Of a stretch of 64,000 bases of DNA, positions 23,801 through 36,102 are shown piece after piece (the first letter of the stretch is position 1; each line of letters begins with the position of its first letter). The position numbers and the translations under genes were made by a program. The notes under the pieces were generated by a model that was given only the letters and a program-made list of their open reading frames with translations, ran no database searches and had not been told where the DNA came from. Location of the stretch: the NCBI GenBank assembly GCA_047495785.1, contig JBLDXI010000054.1, positions 1,054,001 to 1,118,000 on the forward strand. The letters are read 5' to 3'. The DNA is from Lepidodermella squamata (Eukaryota > Animalia > Gastrotricha).

Positions 23801-26169
23801 TTTGAATATTGATTGAATTTAAAATAAAGACCTGAACTCATATTTTGGCTTTTAAAACTGGAGCTACAATGAAAGTAGCAGCCTTAGCTATGCCGGACCG
23901 ATTATGGGGTCAAAGTACAAAAGTGGAAATGGCCAATTCTATTTAGGATTAGGAAAAATGCAATACTCCGCCTGACAAGGCACCTCACAAATTTGCAAAT
24001 CGGAAAATCATCCCGGGTCTGCTATTTAAGAAATCTTATACGCAACAATGTATCAATTTCAAACCCGAAAATTAGTTAACAGCTATTGAAATTCTAAATT
24101 TTGTTAATTCTTGAATTTCCGCACCGTGCGGTTTTAAATAATCTCTAATCCATTTTGCCTGGCGCAACTTAAGTCTGGTTTAGACAACGTTCATCGTATG
24201 TAAAAATAAATGGAAGGGACCTCCTTTGCACTTTGAGTAGGAACTATATTGATAGCAGATAGCGCTAATTTTGTGCAAGGCATGGGCAAGAGTAACACTC
24301 TTCCGAGATTACTCACTCATCTTTCGGCTTCGTATTCACTAAGTTGAATTCCCTGTGTAGAAAAACGCGTCAGTATATTCATGAAAATAGGCCATCGAAG
24401 AAACGTTAGACCGTCATGCTCAAACTCAAATTTCAATTGCGTTCACTTCTCTTTTCTTATGTGTGCTTTAAAGCTGCGGCTGAATGCTGAATGCTGAGCC
24501 GAATAATGAATCTCACGCTTTGAAACAATATTTCCCTTTAAATTTTCAAAACAAAGCCAACGATTATGTTTCTTCGCTCGCGCCACGTGTTGCTAAATTA
24601 ACCTCGTTTATAGCCGTGCATAGGCGCGGAAAATCAATGTAAACGTGCGAGTAAATGAAATAACAGCGCTTTTAAGGCGGCACACGCTCTCGCGCGCGCG
24701 CTCTCTCGTTCGCTTTGGGCAAAGGGCGCACACAATGCACAGTAGAAATATTGTATTCAGGAAAATAAACATCTAAAAATGGCTGCCGGCCAGCGTAGAA
24801 TTATATACCCCGCTGCGGTTTTTAGACACAATGCGCGCACTCACACATAACATACACATAGACATACGCACACATGTCATTTCGAGTGAGGTAGGCCGAG
24901 CCATTAGCAGTGCGACAGGCCGTTTTATTATCATGTCATCGCGCAGTGGGACGCCTGGGATTATGCAGTAGAGTAGTAGGCCCGGTAATTCAAATTAGAT
25001 AGTCGTCACTGCTAAAGGGCTTGTTTATTCACTGGGCTTTTTTACTCAATATATTCGAGCCGCTTTATCGGAATGGGTCACCTTATCTCCTCAGAATTTG
25101 CATGGTGCGTGCCATTAAATGCTAAGCACAATTACCTGGCTTTTTCTCCCGTCTTAATTAAAAAACCTATTCTTTCATTTTTCGAGTTTGTCGGAGTGTT
25201 GTGCTGCGACTATGATGTTGACTTGCCGCGAGGTAAAAAATAAACTTTATGATGCGCTGTTTGTCATCCAAACAAAGTGCGGCAAAAGTTGGCATTAGCT
25301 TTTATGGCCTGAATTGGCATCCGGATTTTAGGTGAAGCCAAAAATTGAGGATGCCAATTTGATGAATTATTCCAGAAGAAAAATTTATTTAATGAATTAT
25401 TCGTTTACCTTCTATAATTTTTCCTTGGATCACTACAGCTATTGTCTCATCATTCTTTAAGATTCTTCGATGATTAATTTTTTCTGTAATTTTCCTGTTT
25501 TTGTGTTAGGGATTACTCTTGTGAAAGCAAGTGTGCAGTCAATGAGCCGGACTGGAGAAGGTATCGAATTACGAAATCAAATACCTTGCAATGGGGAGCA
25601 GATCGTGTTCGCCCTAAGCTTAATTCTAGGCTGGGTGGTTGTATTCTGCCCGCAAATCATATCAACAGCAACACCGCTGATTTTCAGTTGAAATATGTTT
25701 CGCGTCTAAACGAAGGCCGAATTTTCCGAGCCCGAATCTCGCGAATGGCACGCGTGACGATTATTTACGACCGGCATTGGCAAAAAATGCGCCCAGCATC
25801 GATTATGACACGACACGCGATGGCATTAGCTATGCAATGATTATATTGAGAATGATGAAGAAATATCAATAAAATTCAGACTTTCTTCCCACTGTTAGAC
25901 TCATTGTACTGCGAGCCTTAGAATCAATAATTTCCTTTACAGAAAGTGAGCTAGCATTTTCTTACGCCAATACCTACTTCCTGCATCAATTTTGTGGATT
26001 TACCTATTCAATCATGCTCTGGGGTTATAAATTTCAAGATTCAAACATTGTTGGAAAGGTTTGTTTCTCCGTTATCTGGATACCATGACACCTTGCTGCT
26101 ATTTAGGTTGCTAAGAGGGTCCATTATGAATCAGGGCTGGAGCAAATTAATCAAATAATCGACAAATTA

Positions 26170-27162
26170 ATGGCTCAGGGGGTGTTGAGGCACCCTGAAA
26201 TAGGCAACATAGTCACAAGCAATTCATTCCTAGGATCGATCCTCGTCAAATTCTGCAGCAAAGACGAGTTGGTAACAATTCACGGCGAAGCACTAGAGCC
26301 AACTGAACTCGATAATTTATACGAATATTTCCGGCGATTCTGTATGTTTTACTCAGGGACCACTTCTGTATCAGCTGCTGCTCCGTGTTTCTTCAACCCG
26401 TGTTATTTGCACGAGGACGGGTCCGTCGAAGCAGTCGCTATACCCCGCCATCTCAACACGACCTTCATTTGCCTATTCGGGGCGATCAAAGCTGATATAG
26501 ACTCAAACCCGTCCATTCTCGGGCAATGGAAAACTGTAACGAGAAAATTAGCCAATGAGATCAAAGGTAAGACTATTTGTAGACGACTTGATTTTCAGTC
26601 GGCTGATCAACATCTGTTTTTTTCAGTTTTCATCAACGAATTTCCTGGCCTGCGCGATCCCCACGCTCTAATGAGTGAAGCTGCAGAAGAGGTCTTCAGC
26701 AAACTGGACGATGCTAAGGATACAGGCGGCCCCCTGAAAATTGAAGGCATCATCTGTAATGGAGTTGATCTCTCCAGCAAGAAACTAGCCCTGATGATCG
26801 CTTATTACGGCATTCTAATCGGCGAACAGTGGCCTTTTCTCGTACCATCCGAGAGAAAATTTCGTCTCAAAAAGACTTCAGCAACAGATGACGAAAACCA
26901 GGAAGAATACGAACGGGCCAGGGCTATGTCAGTCGGCACAGCTGAGGCTCAGAGTTTGACGCAACGGCGTAAAATGAAGCGGCAAGCATCTAGTGACGAG
27001 AAGTCACGTAGTGCCGAGAAGAAAGTAGCGAACCCCGAGTCAACGGGCGATTTCGTATGGCGAAACGCTCACTTCTTCATTGGATTTGTTGTCCTGGCCG
27101 TGTTTGGCATTGGGCTGTATGGGGTTCTCTACTTCATAATGATGCTGAGCACTCACGATTGA
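26170..27162 (+). CDS. Unknown protein with a single C-terminal TM helix (tail-anchored); possible upstream exon
   Basis: 330-aa ORF: globular-looking N-terminal part, charged linker, hydrophobic HFFIGFVVLAVFGIGLYGVLYFIMML near the C-terminus. Confidence 0.65.
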   Translation: MAQGVLRHPEIGNIVTSNSFLGSILVKFCSKDELVTIHGEALEPTELDNLYEYFRRFCMFYSGTTSVSAAAPCFFNPCYLHEDGSVEAVAIPRHLNTTFICLFGAIKADIDSNPSILGQWKTVTRKLANEIKGKTICRRLDFQSADQHLFFSVFINEFPGLRDPHALMSEAAEEVFSKLDDAKDTGGPLKIEGIICNGVDLSSKKLALMIAYYGILIGEQWPFLVPSERKFRLKKTSATDDENQEEYERARAMSVGTAEAQSLTQRRKMKRQASSDEKSRSAEKKVANPESTGDFVWRNAHFFIGFVVLAVFGIGLYGVLYFIMMLSTHD

Positions 27163-27445
27163 GAGTCTCGGCTGATGGGGAAGCATATGTCCAAATGACG
27201 GCTGCAAATAACAATGTAATGCGACAAGTAAACTGCCAGATTGCTGTGTAATTCAAATAAATTAATTGGTATGAGAAGTCGTGAAAGCAAGGAATCTTGA
27301 AAGAATATACCTACTGCTGAATGGCATTCTATTTTGGGGCTTGGATGCCCTGAAGAGCTGCAACCCGTCAATAGGTGGCTCTATTCACACCCATTGCTAT
27401 TCATTTTCGTTTTTTTTCGAGTAAAATTTACATCGCAATTTCATC

Positions 27446-28367
27446 ATGGCAGCTCGGGCTAACCTTGGAGCTGTAATATTGCTTTTCGCAACAACGTTTG
27501 TTTCAAATTCGTGGAAAATTCGTATTCTAGTTCAATATTCCAGATTCCATTGTTATGGAGATTTCGACAAGCATCTTACAGATATCCAAAAGCAAACACT
27601 TCTTCGAACGTTAGATTGCTGCATCGCAACGCTCAATAAATTGAATATAACATGGTATCTAGAGGGCGGTTCATTACTGGGATTTCATCGAAACAACAAA
27701 ATGATTCCGTAAGTTTGTAAGCATTCGATTTTCGTCTTAGCTCTATTAGACCTTTAACAGCTGGGATGATGATGTCGACATAGCGATTCCTTACGACGGG
27801 GATACATTAGAAAACGTTACACAGCTAGTTGATCTAATGCAGAATACTCTAAATGATATATATGGATTAAATGTTGTCAAAATATTGACGCCTCCTCGTG
27901 GGTACCTCATCAAGGTCTTCTTCACGTCGCCGAAACTGACGAAATTGTTACCGTTTTGGAATGCTATGCAAACGCATTTATTCAAAGGCCTCCGTTTTCC
28001 TTACGTTGATATCCTGATTTATCAGGTTGTGAATGGGAGCGATTACATTTGGAAAGCTATACCTACGAAGAAGGTATATTTCTAGACTGAGTTTGCTTAA
28101 ATTAACCCCTTGCCTTCCTTTTGAATTCAGTATTCAAAGTCAGTCATCTTTCCACTTAAGGAGGGAACATTCGAATCTCGCCGGGTTTTTGTTCCGGGTG
28201 ATCACCAATCTTACCTTCAAGCGATGTATGGCGACTTGACTCTATGCGCGACGCCGATTTTCGATCATAAGTTGAACCGAAATTTGCAGTGGATGCATTA
28301 TGTAAACTGTTCTATCTTGATGCCGAAATTTCCAGAAATGACACTTATCTCGCAGACCAGGCTATAA
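27446..28367 (+). CDS. LicD/fukutin-family nucleotidyltransferase-like protein (3 exons)
   Basis: Signal anchor; WYLEGGSLLGFHRNNKMIP spliced to WDDDVDIAIP; PYVDILIY; IFPLKEGTFE...YLQAMYGD; TAA at 28365-28367. Confidence 0.85.
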
Positions 28368-28479
28368 TACAGAATTAAAACAACGATTGGTGCTCAAATA
28401 CAAGTGTTAAATGTTAATATATGAGAAATAAATGCAAAAGATATAGAAGAAGAAACGAATAAAAATATAATTCTTGTCA

Positions 28480-29080
28480 GAATTTCGGTGCTTCTTACGA
28501 ATTTACATAACTCAATCCTCGAAGCATTTTTCTTTGATGGTATTTGCCAAGATTAGAGTACTTTCAATCAACGACTGACTGCTGTGCAGAAGAAAACGCT
28601 GCTAACAACATTCGATAGAACCGTTGAAGCATTAAAATCGTTGAATATTGCATGGTATATGAAGGCGAATCTTTACTTGGCTTTACTTGGCTTGGCTTAT
28701 ATCGACACAGCGCCATCATTCCGTGAGTCATCGGGAAAACTCTAAAATCTGCTTTATTGAACCCTGCGATCCTATAGTTGGGACAACGACATTGACATGG
28801 CAATCCCCATAGATGAGGAAAATTACAAGCCTAACAGTACTTCTCTTTTGATTCAAATTTAGGCTCTGGAACTGTGAAAGTTGGGATATACCCAAGACTG
28901 GACCTTCTAAAAGTCTTCCTAACCTCACAGAAAGCAACAAAACTTTTACCATCGAGGGGTAAAAGCCAGGAAGACGAAACGAATGGACTGAATGTTCCTT
29001 ATATTGACGTAATTCTCTATCGCGGCAAGTACTGGTTCCCGAATGATCAGCTGGATCGCATCGTAAAATATGCCTTCTTT
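28480..29080 (+). pseudogene. Degenerate LicD-family paralogue (boundaries approximate)
   Basis: Remnants WY..ESLLG, YRHSAIIP|WDNDIDMAIP, LLKVFLTS.K.TKLLP and PYIDVILY, with microduplications (CTTTACTTGG x2), frameshifts and no recognisable last exon. Confidence 0.75.
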
Positions 29081-29269
29081 AAACTCATAAAACTATCTTC
29101 CAAGCCGGGATTTTTTGATATTTTCTTAACAGGCAGGCATTTTGTATATTTTTATATCAAAAAATGCCCGCTTGCCCAGAAAATATCACCAATAACCCGA
29201 CTTGTCAAACACACAATGGAAACCCAAAGAAAGTTTGAGCAACACTCCAAAACGGTGTTATTATCCCAA

Positions 29270-29340
29270 TCTGTGGTATTTTTTTGGGTTTTTCCATCTT
29301 GGCCTTGCGAACTAGGGGGTACGATACCCTCCATTCTCCC
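29270..29340 (-). repeat. Inverted copy of the core of the 9579-9994 element
   Basis: Reverse complement GAATGGAGGGTATCGTACCCCCTAGTTCGCAAGGCCAAG matches GAATGAGGGGTATCATACCCCCAAGTTCGGCAGGCCAAAG at ~9795. Confidence 0.65.
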
Positions 29341-29691
29341 TGTACTTCTAAAATGTTATGCAATGTAGCCGGAACAAATCTACCGATCTTTCTTCATCCT
29401 TCGAGTTCAGCATCCATTATGCAGATCAATATTCAGTTGTTTATATTCGGTGAACTCGCTGAGCTCAGGCAATATTCTTTTTAATGAGCATCGGGTTTTT
29501 CATTGCTGGAAAATGTTGTCAAGTGAACAGCTCAGACGGCGACACGCCATTCATATTTATAAAAAAGCAGTGATGAATAGGCTGTAAGGACTTGACTGAT
29601 TACGGAATCGGCCCACGGTAATTTCCATTCAGTAGAAAATTCTAAAATTGTCTTAGAGACATTCGTAACCAGTGCAATAACGATTTTTACG

Positions 29692-30587
29692 ATGCGTTCT
29701 GGTTTCTCAATCTTCATTTTAGCGTGTTTCCTGCCGTTTCTGTAAGCGATCCTTTGTCCCTAACTTAATGGGTTTCCTTAAGTTCTCCTTTTCTTTATAC
29801 AGATCAACCTTCGACATTGCTGCCGATGCTTTCAAGCGAGTTCTAAACCCTGCGAGAAAGCGAACCTTGATCGAAACTGCTAAAATAACAACTGAAGGCC
29901 TTGATTACATCAATGCTACTTGGTTCCTCGACTCGGGATCTCTGCTTGGATACTATCGCCATGGCTCGATCATACCGTGGGATGATGACATCGACTTCGG
30001 AATATTTGCCAATGACACCAGCGTCTTCACAACTTCTCTTCAATATTTAGGTGACAAGCTACAAGTTTTCTTTGATGAAAAGCATGGCAGAGGGGTGGTT
30101 GAGGTTCGAGTCTATGAGGCAATCGATTTAATCAAGGTTTTCTTCACTTCACCGAAAAAGACGCTTCTGCTCCCAGATTGGTACGACACGGTGCGGGAAC
30201 GAATTAGATGGCCAAGCGTTGACGTTTTTCTGTTTCGACCTTTCGACGATAATTCGACTATTTCGATGAAATGGGGAGAAGACGGTGCGGTTGTAAGTTA
30301 TATCATGAATGTTTAACATAAAGTTACAGCTATTCGCTTTTCCACAGCTAGCTCTGTCTAACGTATTCCCACTGAAGAAGGCCATTTTCGAGACAATACC
30401 TGTTTTCATACCTTCGAAAGTGGAAACCTATCTGGAGAAAGTTTACGGGAATCTGTCTTACTGCGTGAGTGCAGTCAATTTTCATCGACAGCATGCGATT
30501 CAGCAAAAAATGTGGATGACAGACTGCAGCGACCTTGCTAAAATGTACCCGAAATTGTACAAGGCGAAAGCTGCTGCAAAAACCTAA
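29692..30587 (+). CDS. LicD/fukutin-family nucleotidyltransferase-like protein; exons 29692-29741, 29803-30292, 30330-30587
   Basis: MRSGFSIFILACFLPFL signal; WFLDSGSLLGYYRHGSIIPWDDDIDFG; WPSVDVF; VFPLKKAIFE...YLEKVYG. Confidence 0.87.
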
Positions 30588-31078
30588 TATAATCTCATTC
30601 TATTATATCCCCTTTCTAGTATGGAGTGTGATAAAAAAATAAAACATTTTGCCGCTAAATAAATGTTGGGAAAATTAAATACCGATATTTGTTCGTTGGT
30701 TTAAAAAATGCGAGTGCATTGATCTTGACATTGATGGCATCGCAGAGTTAAGTGAGACAGCTGTTTCAACCAAGTAGGCGTTGTCGCGAAGTGATAAGCG
30801 GTACGCATCCATGATTAAACGGAACCTGGTTATCAGATAGATCTGTGGGTGTATCTGCGGGATGACTCATAAATTTAAGTAATAATTTTAAATATGTAAA
30901 AGCCAATTAAAGAGACTACGGTTTAGGAGGTAGGAAGTTTAAAAATGGTACTACAGCAGCGGGGCAGTTTCATTAAGCCATTCCAAAACCGCTGGAAATT
31001 GTTTATTGTCTATTAAAGAAAGGTAATCGTGCGCTTTAAGCGAAGTTATAAGAACCACTTCCAACACTCTTTTCATAG

Positions 31079-32188
31079 CTAAAATCTCGTATTGTTGACG
31101 TTCGGCCTGGAAGCTGTTGAGTTGGGGTTCAGCGGCGTAGTATAATTACCAAAATATGCAACCATCGGCTGAGTTGAAGGCGGCTGTTGTTTCGCAGTCG
31201 TAGTAGTAGGTTTCGGAGTTGGAACAGTCTCAGAACCAGACGAACTCGGAAGTTTCACTTTAGCCGAGTTTTTGTCAGCCATGAGCGCTGACTGGTCAAC
31301 AAACTCCAAATTCGACGACGGAACTGTGCAGAACCAATGCAGATCGATATCGTCCCACTGAGGATGCGGCTCCCCGGTCAAAAACCACTTCATACCATGG
31401 TCGGCCAAGATAGCTCCATACTTCTGAAGTGCCTTCAGAATTACCTGGTTATTCCTTGAAAACGAACTGATATTGTAATCGGATTTGAGACGCATTCTTA
31501 TGCCCATTGGGGGTAAAGCTGGGTCGGTGTTGAAGTACTCGAGATGGCGGGCTGGCCAGACATAAGCCCTCTGAACCTTAGGCAAAGTGAAACGGATCGC
31601 ATGCTTTATCTCCCCAGCTTGAACTTCGTCGTAGCGAATGAGACCCGGAAACATCGGAAGACCAGCTCCGTCAGCGGATAGCCACCCCTCGGGGCGTAAA
31701 TCGTTCGACTTGAGGTTGAAAATAGCTCCAGACGCTGCCTTAATCGAGCCATCAGGTTGCTTTTTGTAGTCGAGAAGTTCGTACAGAGTGCAGGTTGATT
31801 TATCAACTACAATAACGTGACGATCTTCGGCACTGACTTCGTAAGGCACGTTGTCCGGGATTGGGTAGGGCTTACGGTCGCTCTCGTCCCAGTAAACGAA
31901 GGTAATGTTCTTTTTTGGCTGTTTTTCGTCGACTACGACGTAAGGAATGCCGCACGGGATGTTTTCTGTGAATTTTCCTGTTCCTAAGTAACGACGGATT
32001 GTGTCGCGGCCTTCCATTTTAGCGATTGAATCCATGTAGACTTTGTTGAGAGGGTGAACAGGCAATTTGTCGACCGGAGTGTTCCAAACATTGTCAGCTG
32101 GGAAAACTGGGCAGCCCGCGATCGTCGGCTGAGCTACTGATATATGCACAATTTGAAATAGCGTTAGTGCAGTTATGAAGTACATCAT
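31079..32188 (-). CDS. Secreted intronless protein resembling an uncharacterised bacterial family (HGT candidate)
   Basis: 369-aa ORF with signal peptide; motifs CPVFPADNVWN, GIPYVVV, DESD..PYPIP, DRHVIVVD, LRPEGWLSADGAGLP.FPGLIRYDEV, YVWPARH, PPMG.R.RLK, ALQKYG.I.AD; Thr/Pro-rich tail. Confidence 0.85.
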   Translation of the reverse strand: MMYFITALTLFQIVHISVAQPTIAGCPVFPADNVWNTPVDKLPVHPLNKVYMDSIAKMEGRDTIRRYLGTGKFTENIPCGIPYVVVDEKQPKKNITFVYWDESDRKPYPIPDNVPYEVSAEDRHVIVVDKSTCTLYELLDYKKQPDGSIKAASGAIFNLKSNDLRPEGWLSADGAGLPMFPGLIRYDEVQAGEIKHAIRFTLPKVQRAYVWPARHLEYFNTDPALPPMGIRMRLKSDYNISSFSRNNQVILKALQKYGAILADHGMKWFLTGEPHPQWDDIDLHWFCTVPSSNLEFVDQSALMADKNSAKVKLPSSSGSETVPTPKPTTTTAKQQPPSTQPMVAYFGNYTTPLNPNSTASRPNVNNTRF

Positions 32189-32737
32189 ATGTATATTAGC
32201 AGAAAAATTTGCTTAATGACACAGTCGTGACTTGTCCAAGTGAGAAAGAGAAAAGGAAAACATCAGCCAGCTTTATTGATTCCCTTACTAGGCTAGACAT
32301 GTTTATTTAGCTGCTTAAGTGAAACAATTTCAATTAGGAATACATTTTTTATTCAATTTCAAGTGAAAAATTAAGACGGTGATACTAATAGTACCATTTT
32401 TCGAGGAAAATTTCAGCAGCACTCCGGTTTGATCTTGAGCATGATTGAATCATACTATAATCTATATCAAACCAGTAAATGCGAATCTGAAGCGGTCAAC
32501 AAGAGTTTTCAAATCGGCGATTAAATCTTGCCATCTTAGATGCACTAAAGACTAAAGATAGACCATCACCATCAACATGGCTATCTATATCAATTTACGA
32601 AGGTTCACCGAACCTGGGAAAATAGATCGAGGAAGCGCAGGAAAGTGCATGCTGAAATGTACGTTATCTGCGGAGTTTTCCTGAATTACCAGAGATTTTG
32701 CGACTCGAAAAGCGTTAACAGCAGTAAAGTTTTTCGC

Positions 32738-32788
32738 TGTTTTTCTGAGTCATGGCACGGACGGATATTTTTCACAGAAATGCACACT
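32738..32788 (+). promoter_or_regulatory. 51-bp block identical upstream of two subfamily-II GPCRs (second copy 37065-37115), containing TGAGTCA
   Basis: Exact 51-bp identity about 360-430 bp upstream of both ATGs within more diverged sequence; includes an AP-1-type TGAGTCA. Confidence 0.5.
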
Positions 32789-33145
32789 AGTTCGCAGGAA
32801 ACGGAGTTGAAATGGGTATGCATTAGTCCTGCGAAAGAAGTGGGCGAAGGTTCAATTTTCAATCATCCAGGAAATTCAAGTCCTGGACTGACTCTTCATT
32901 GCTCTGAGAATATTAAGTCGAATAGAACAACCGTGAAGGGAAAGTTTCCTATTACACGCCATTCGTGAACAATTAAATTTATTTGTTCGTTGTTGCGTGG
33001 TTTAGGAGAAGATATCGGAAAGAAAACCCCGATAATGGCAGGAAATTCCTTGATAGCATGCCGTCATGATTTGCAGTGTAGAAATCTAATCCGAAAACAA
33101 TACATATATAAAGGCGAAAAAGAAATAAAAAATTAACGCAATCCG

Positions 33146-35761
33146 ATGTTTCGAGTATTTATCTCTCTGATAGCAGCTAGTGCTGCACTAGCCAAAATAC
33201 CAATGTCAGCGCCACTGGAGCCAAGAATTTTCTCATCAACATACAATCCGAACGATACGAGTCGAAAAGTCATCAGCATAATGGCGTCATTCAATTATGG
33301 TGGCACTGTTCAACCTATGGGGCCCATTTGTACGGAGGGGATAAAACTTGTCCTTAATGGCGTGAAAAGAATGAACATGCTACCAGGCTATGAACTAGCT
33401 GTTGACTTTGTTGACGACCAGGTAGGCACGCTGACAATATAAAACTTTTTTCTATTGTTCGCTTCAGTTTTCCAGACCGATTGGAATCAGTAGAATGGTG
33501 ACCCAACTTCAGGTTAATGATTCAGTCTCAGATCGACTACCACTCACGGTGGGTCCATTCAGTTCTGCGAACATAAACACTGGTCAAATCTTTCAACACT
33601 TCAACTACATCGGAATTACGTTGGGGTCAACACAGAACGAGCCTGTCACCCAGCGATCGCGTTATAGCAACTTTTTCGTCACTCAAGGCCGACTTGGTAT
33701 ATGTTTCAGCAGCCTTCACAAGTTCCTTGACATGATGAGGTGGCAAAGATTGGCAATATTATCAGAGGGTAGCGACTACTTTGGGCAGATAGATGCCGAA
33801 TTCGTCCAGAATTTTGAGATGAACAATGGCTCGAAAGTTTTGGGAGTTTTCAAAATTCCCTACATTGTCGGATCTTTAGCTGAGGCTGAAAATATCGAAC
33901 AAGCAGTTTCAGACTTGAAAAAGCTGAATCCGAGGATCATCATTCTGAACGCAGCAGCAACAGCTCGAGCGGCTTGTTATCTACATCGATACAAGTTATT
34001 TGGACCGAATGTGGTCATCTTCACTCTGTTGAGCTCTGTTTTCGTGGCGAATGACCCTTCACGCTTTGATTGGTGTTCGGAGAGCATGTTGGAGGAGGTA
34101 CTTCAGAGTGTTATCTCTTTCGGTTGTTCTAACTTCATGAATTTGGGCATTGAAAATGACGTGGATTCCCTCGGAAACTCTGGGTCTGACCTAACAAATT
34201 GGATAACGTCCAGAATAGAAAGGCCTGAAGCTTCAACGATCTTCACTAATAGGCGACATTCGTGCTATGACGTCACCATGACGGGAGTTTTTGTGTTGAA
34301 CAGAACCGAGACTCTTCTTAACAGCAGTAAGTATGAACAAAATTTACCTCTGAATACCTTTGACACGTTTTCTTTCAGAGAATCAGACTCTCTCACAATG
34401 GGTAACTCGCGGGGATATGTTCAAAGAAAACGGAAGCTCGATTGTTGAAACCATGAAAGAAGCGCTATTCTCTGCCCGCTATAGAGTGAAAGCCGGGGAT
34501 ATCGCTTTTGAAAAGAGTACAACTTTGAACACGGGTGGCAATTCGATACAAGGCGTCATTCAATATAGAAGAGATCCCACGACAAACAAAGTCAAACAAA
34601 TCCCAATATGCGTCTACTACTCAAAGACTCAAGTTTTGAATTGCAGCCTCTCGCCAATAGTTTGGAGAACATCGAACGGGAAACCTCCTTCAGATACTAT
34701 TCACATAGAGAAAATAATTTCTCCGCTACTCGACCCTCCCGCCTACATAACAATCACGTTCTTCGCGGTGTTGTTACTCGCGACCAGTGTTTCCGTTTTC
34801 ATTTGGCATGAAAAAATGCGTCAGAAGAATGAAAGAATTTCAACATCCGCCCCCGAGCTTGGACGATTTATCATGCTTGGAAATATCCTACTTTTGACTT
34901 CCGTCCTGCTTCAACCCATGCTGTTTGATTCGAATTTCCAACCTCTGATGACTCTTGCAAATGGCGTGTTGTTTCTCGGCATAACCTGTTTAATGTTTGG
35001 CTTGGAAGGGAAGCTGGAACTGGCATATCTTGCCCTGAAGAATTACGCAACTATGAATCTGACAAATGATGATCGAGTGTCACGGAGAACAACATTCTCG
35101 TCAGTTAAGGCAGCAAAAAGGATTCCAGGATTCGGGCAATTAAAAATCGCTGTATGCTGTGTTGGAGCTCTTGCAATGACATTGTTTGCAATAATGCTGT
35201 TGGTGTGCTTCGTGGTATCGCCGCCTACTGTCGTAACGACAATAGATGAAGGCTTTGTCAATGATGCGGTAGAAATCGCGTTCGTGAACTATAGCCTAGC
35301 AATGAGAACCTCAGTTATGTCTCAATTTATCATTTCTGCGACCTGCTTGATCAATGGGGTTATCACTTTGAGAGGAAGCTTCCTTGCACATGCCCTCAGA
35401 ACAGTAAGTTTAAGTTTTCCTTGTTGAATATGAAATCTCTAAATCCTAACGATCATTGCAGAAAACGATTTCAAAGATAACCGATTTGAAAGCCACTTCA
35501 GCTTGCTTCTACGCGACGGTGATGCTGCTAGCTTGCGGAGGCATCATTGCGGGTGCAATTTTCGATGAAAGTTCCTATCAACGCATCACGTTGTCAGTTA
35601 TGATATTCGCGTGCATCACAATGAATCTGGGCATGCTTTTCTTTCCCAAAATGAGAAAAGCGAAACTTAGCGAAACATCATCGTCTAGCGCAGTAACAAC
35701 CTGGAACCAAGGCCATCGACAGATGAATGCTACATCTGCGATTATGTTCACCTCTACCTAA
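33146..35761 (+). CDS. GABA-B-like class C GPCR, subfamily II copy 1; exons 33146-33421, 33468-34326, 34379-35403, 35462-35761
   Basis: Three short GT-AG introns join four ORFs in frame. Venus-flytrap motifs (MLPGYELAVDFVDDQ, YSNFF, WQRLAIL, NPRIIIL), WRTSNGKPPSD linker, 7 TMs ending LFFPKM. Confidence 0.85.
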
Positions 35762-36102
35762 ACGTTTGTCTAGATAGCTGCCCCAATCGCGGCATTTCAA
35801 GTGGAACAGCTATAATCCTGTATTTCTCTCCCACCAGTCGAACTTACGTTTCAGAGCCGAGCACATTTTGAGTACAGTATACCCTCACTGATAGATGCTA
35901 AAAACTGAACGCTAATGAATAAAGAATAAAAGATTGAAATGAATCCAGATGAAACAGGTCTTCCTTATCATACTGGTATCAAGCAGGACTAACAAGTATT
36001 GCTGATAAGGATTAATGGGTTTTCAAGCGCGTTCTGGATTACCCCCAGAAGACAAAATGTGTCCACAGAAATGTGTCTGAGTGCTTTACATCTGGAATCT
36101 AT

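Noticed and set aside
23906-24237. Possible MITE with TCAAAGTRCAAA inverted ends
   Set aside because: Match is short and degenerate, with no TSD or second copy seen.
24685-24880. CG/CT and CA-rich runs
   Set aside because: Low-complexity microsatellite-like sequence with no further structure.
25312-25359. 11-bp stem hairpin AATTGGCATCC/GGATGCCAATT
   Set aside because: Isolated; no support for an ncRNA or element.
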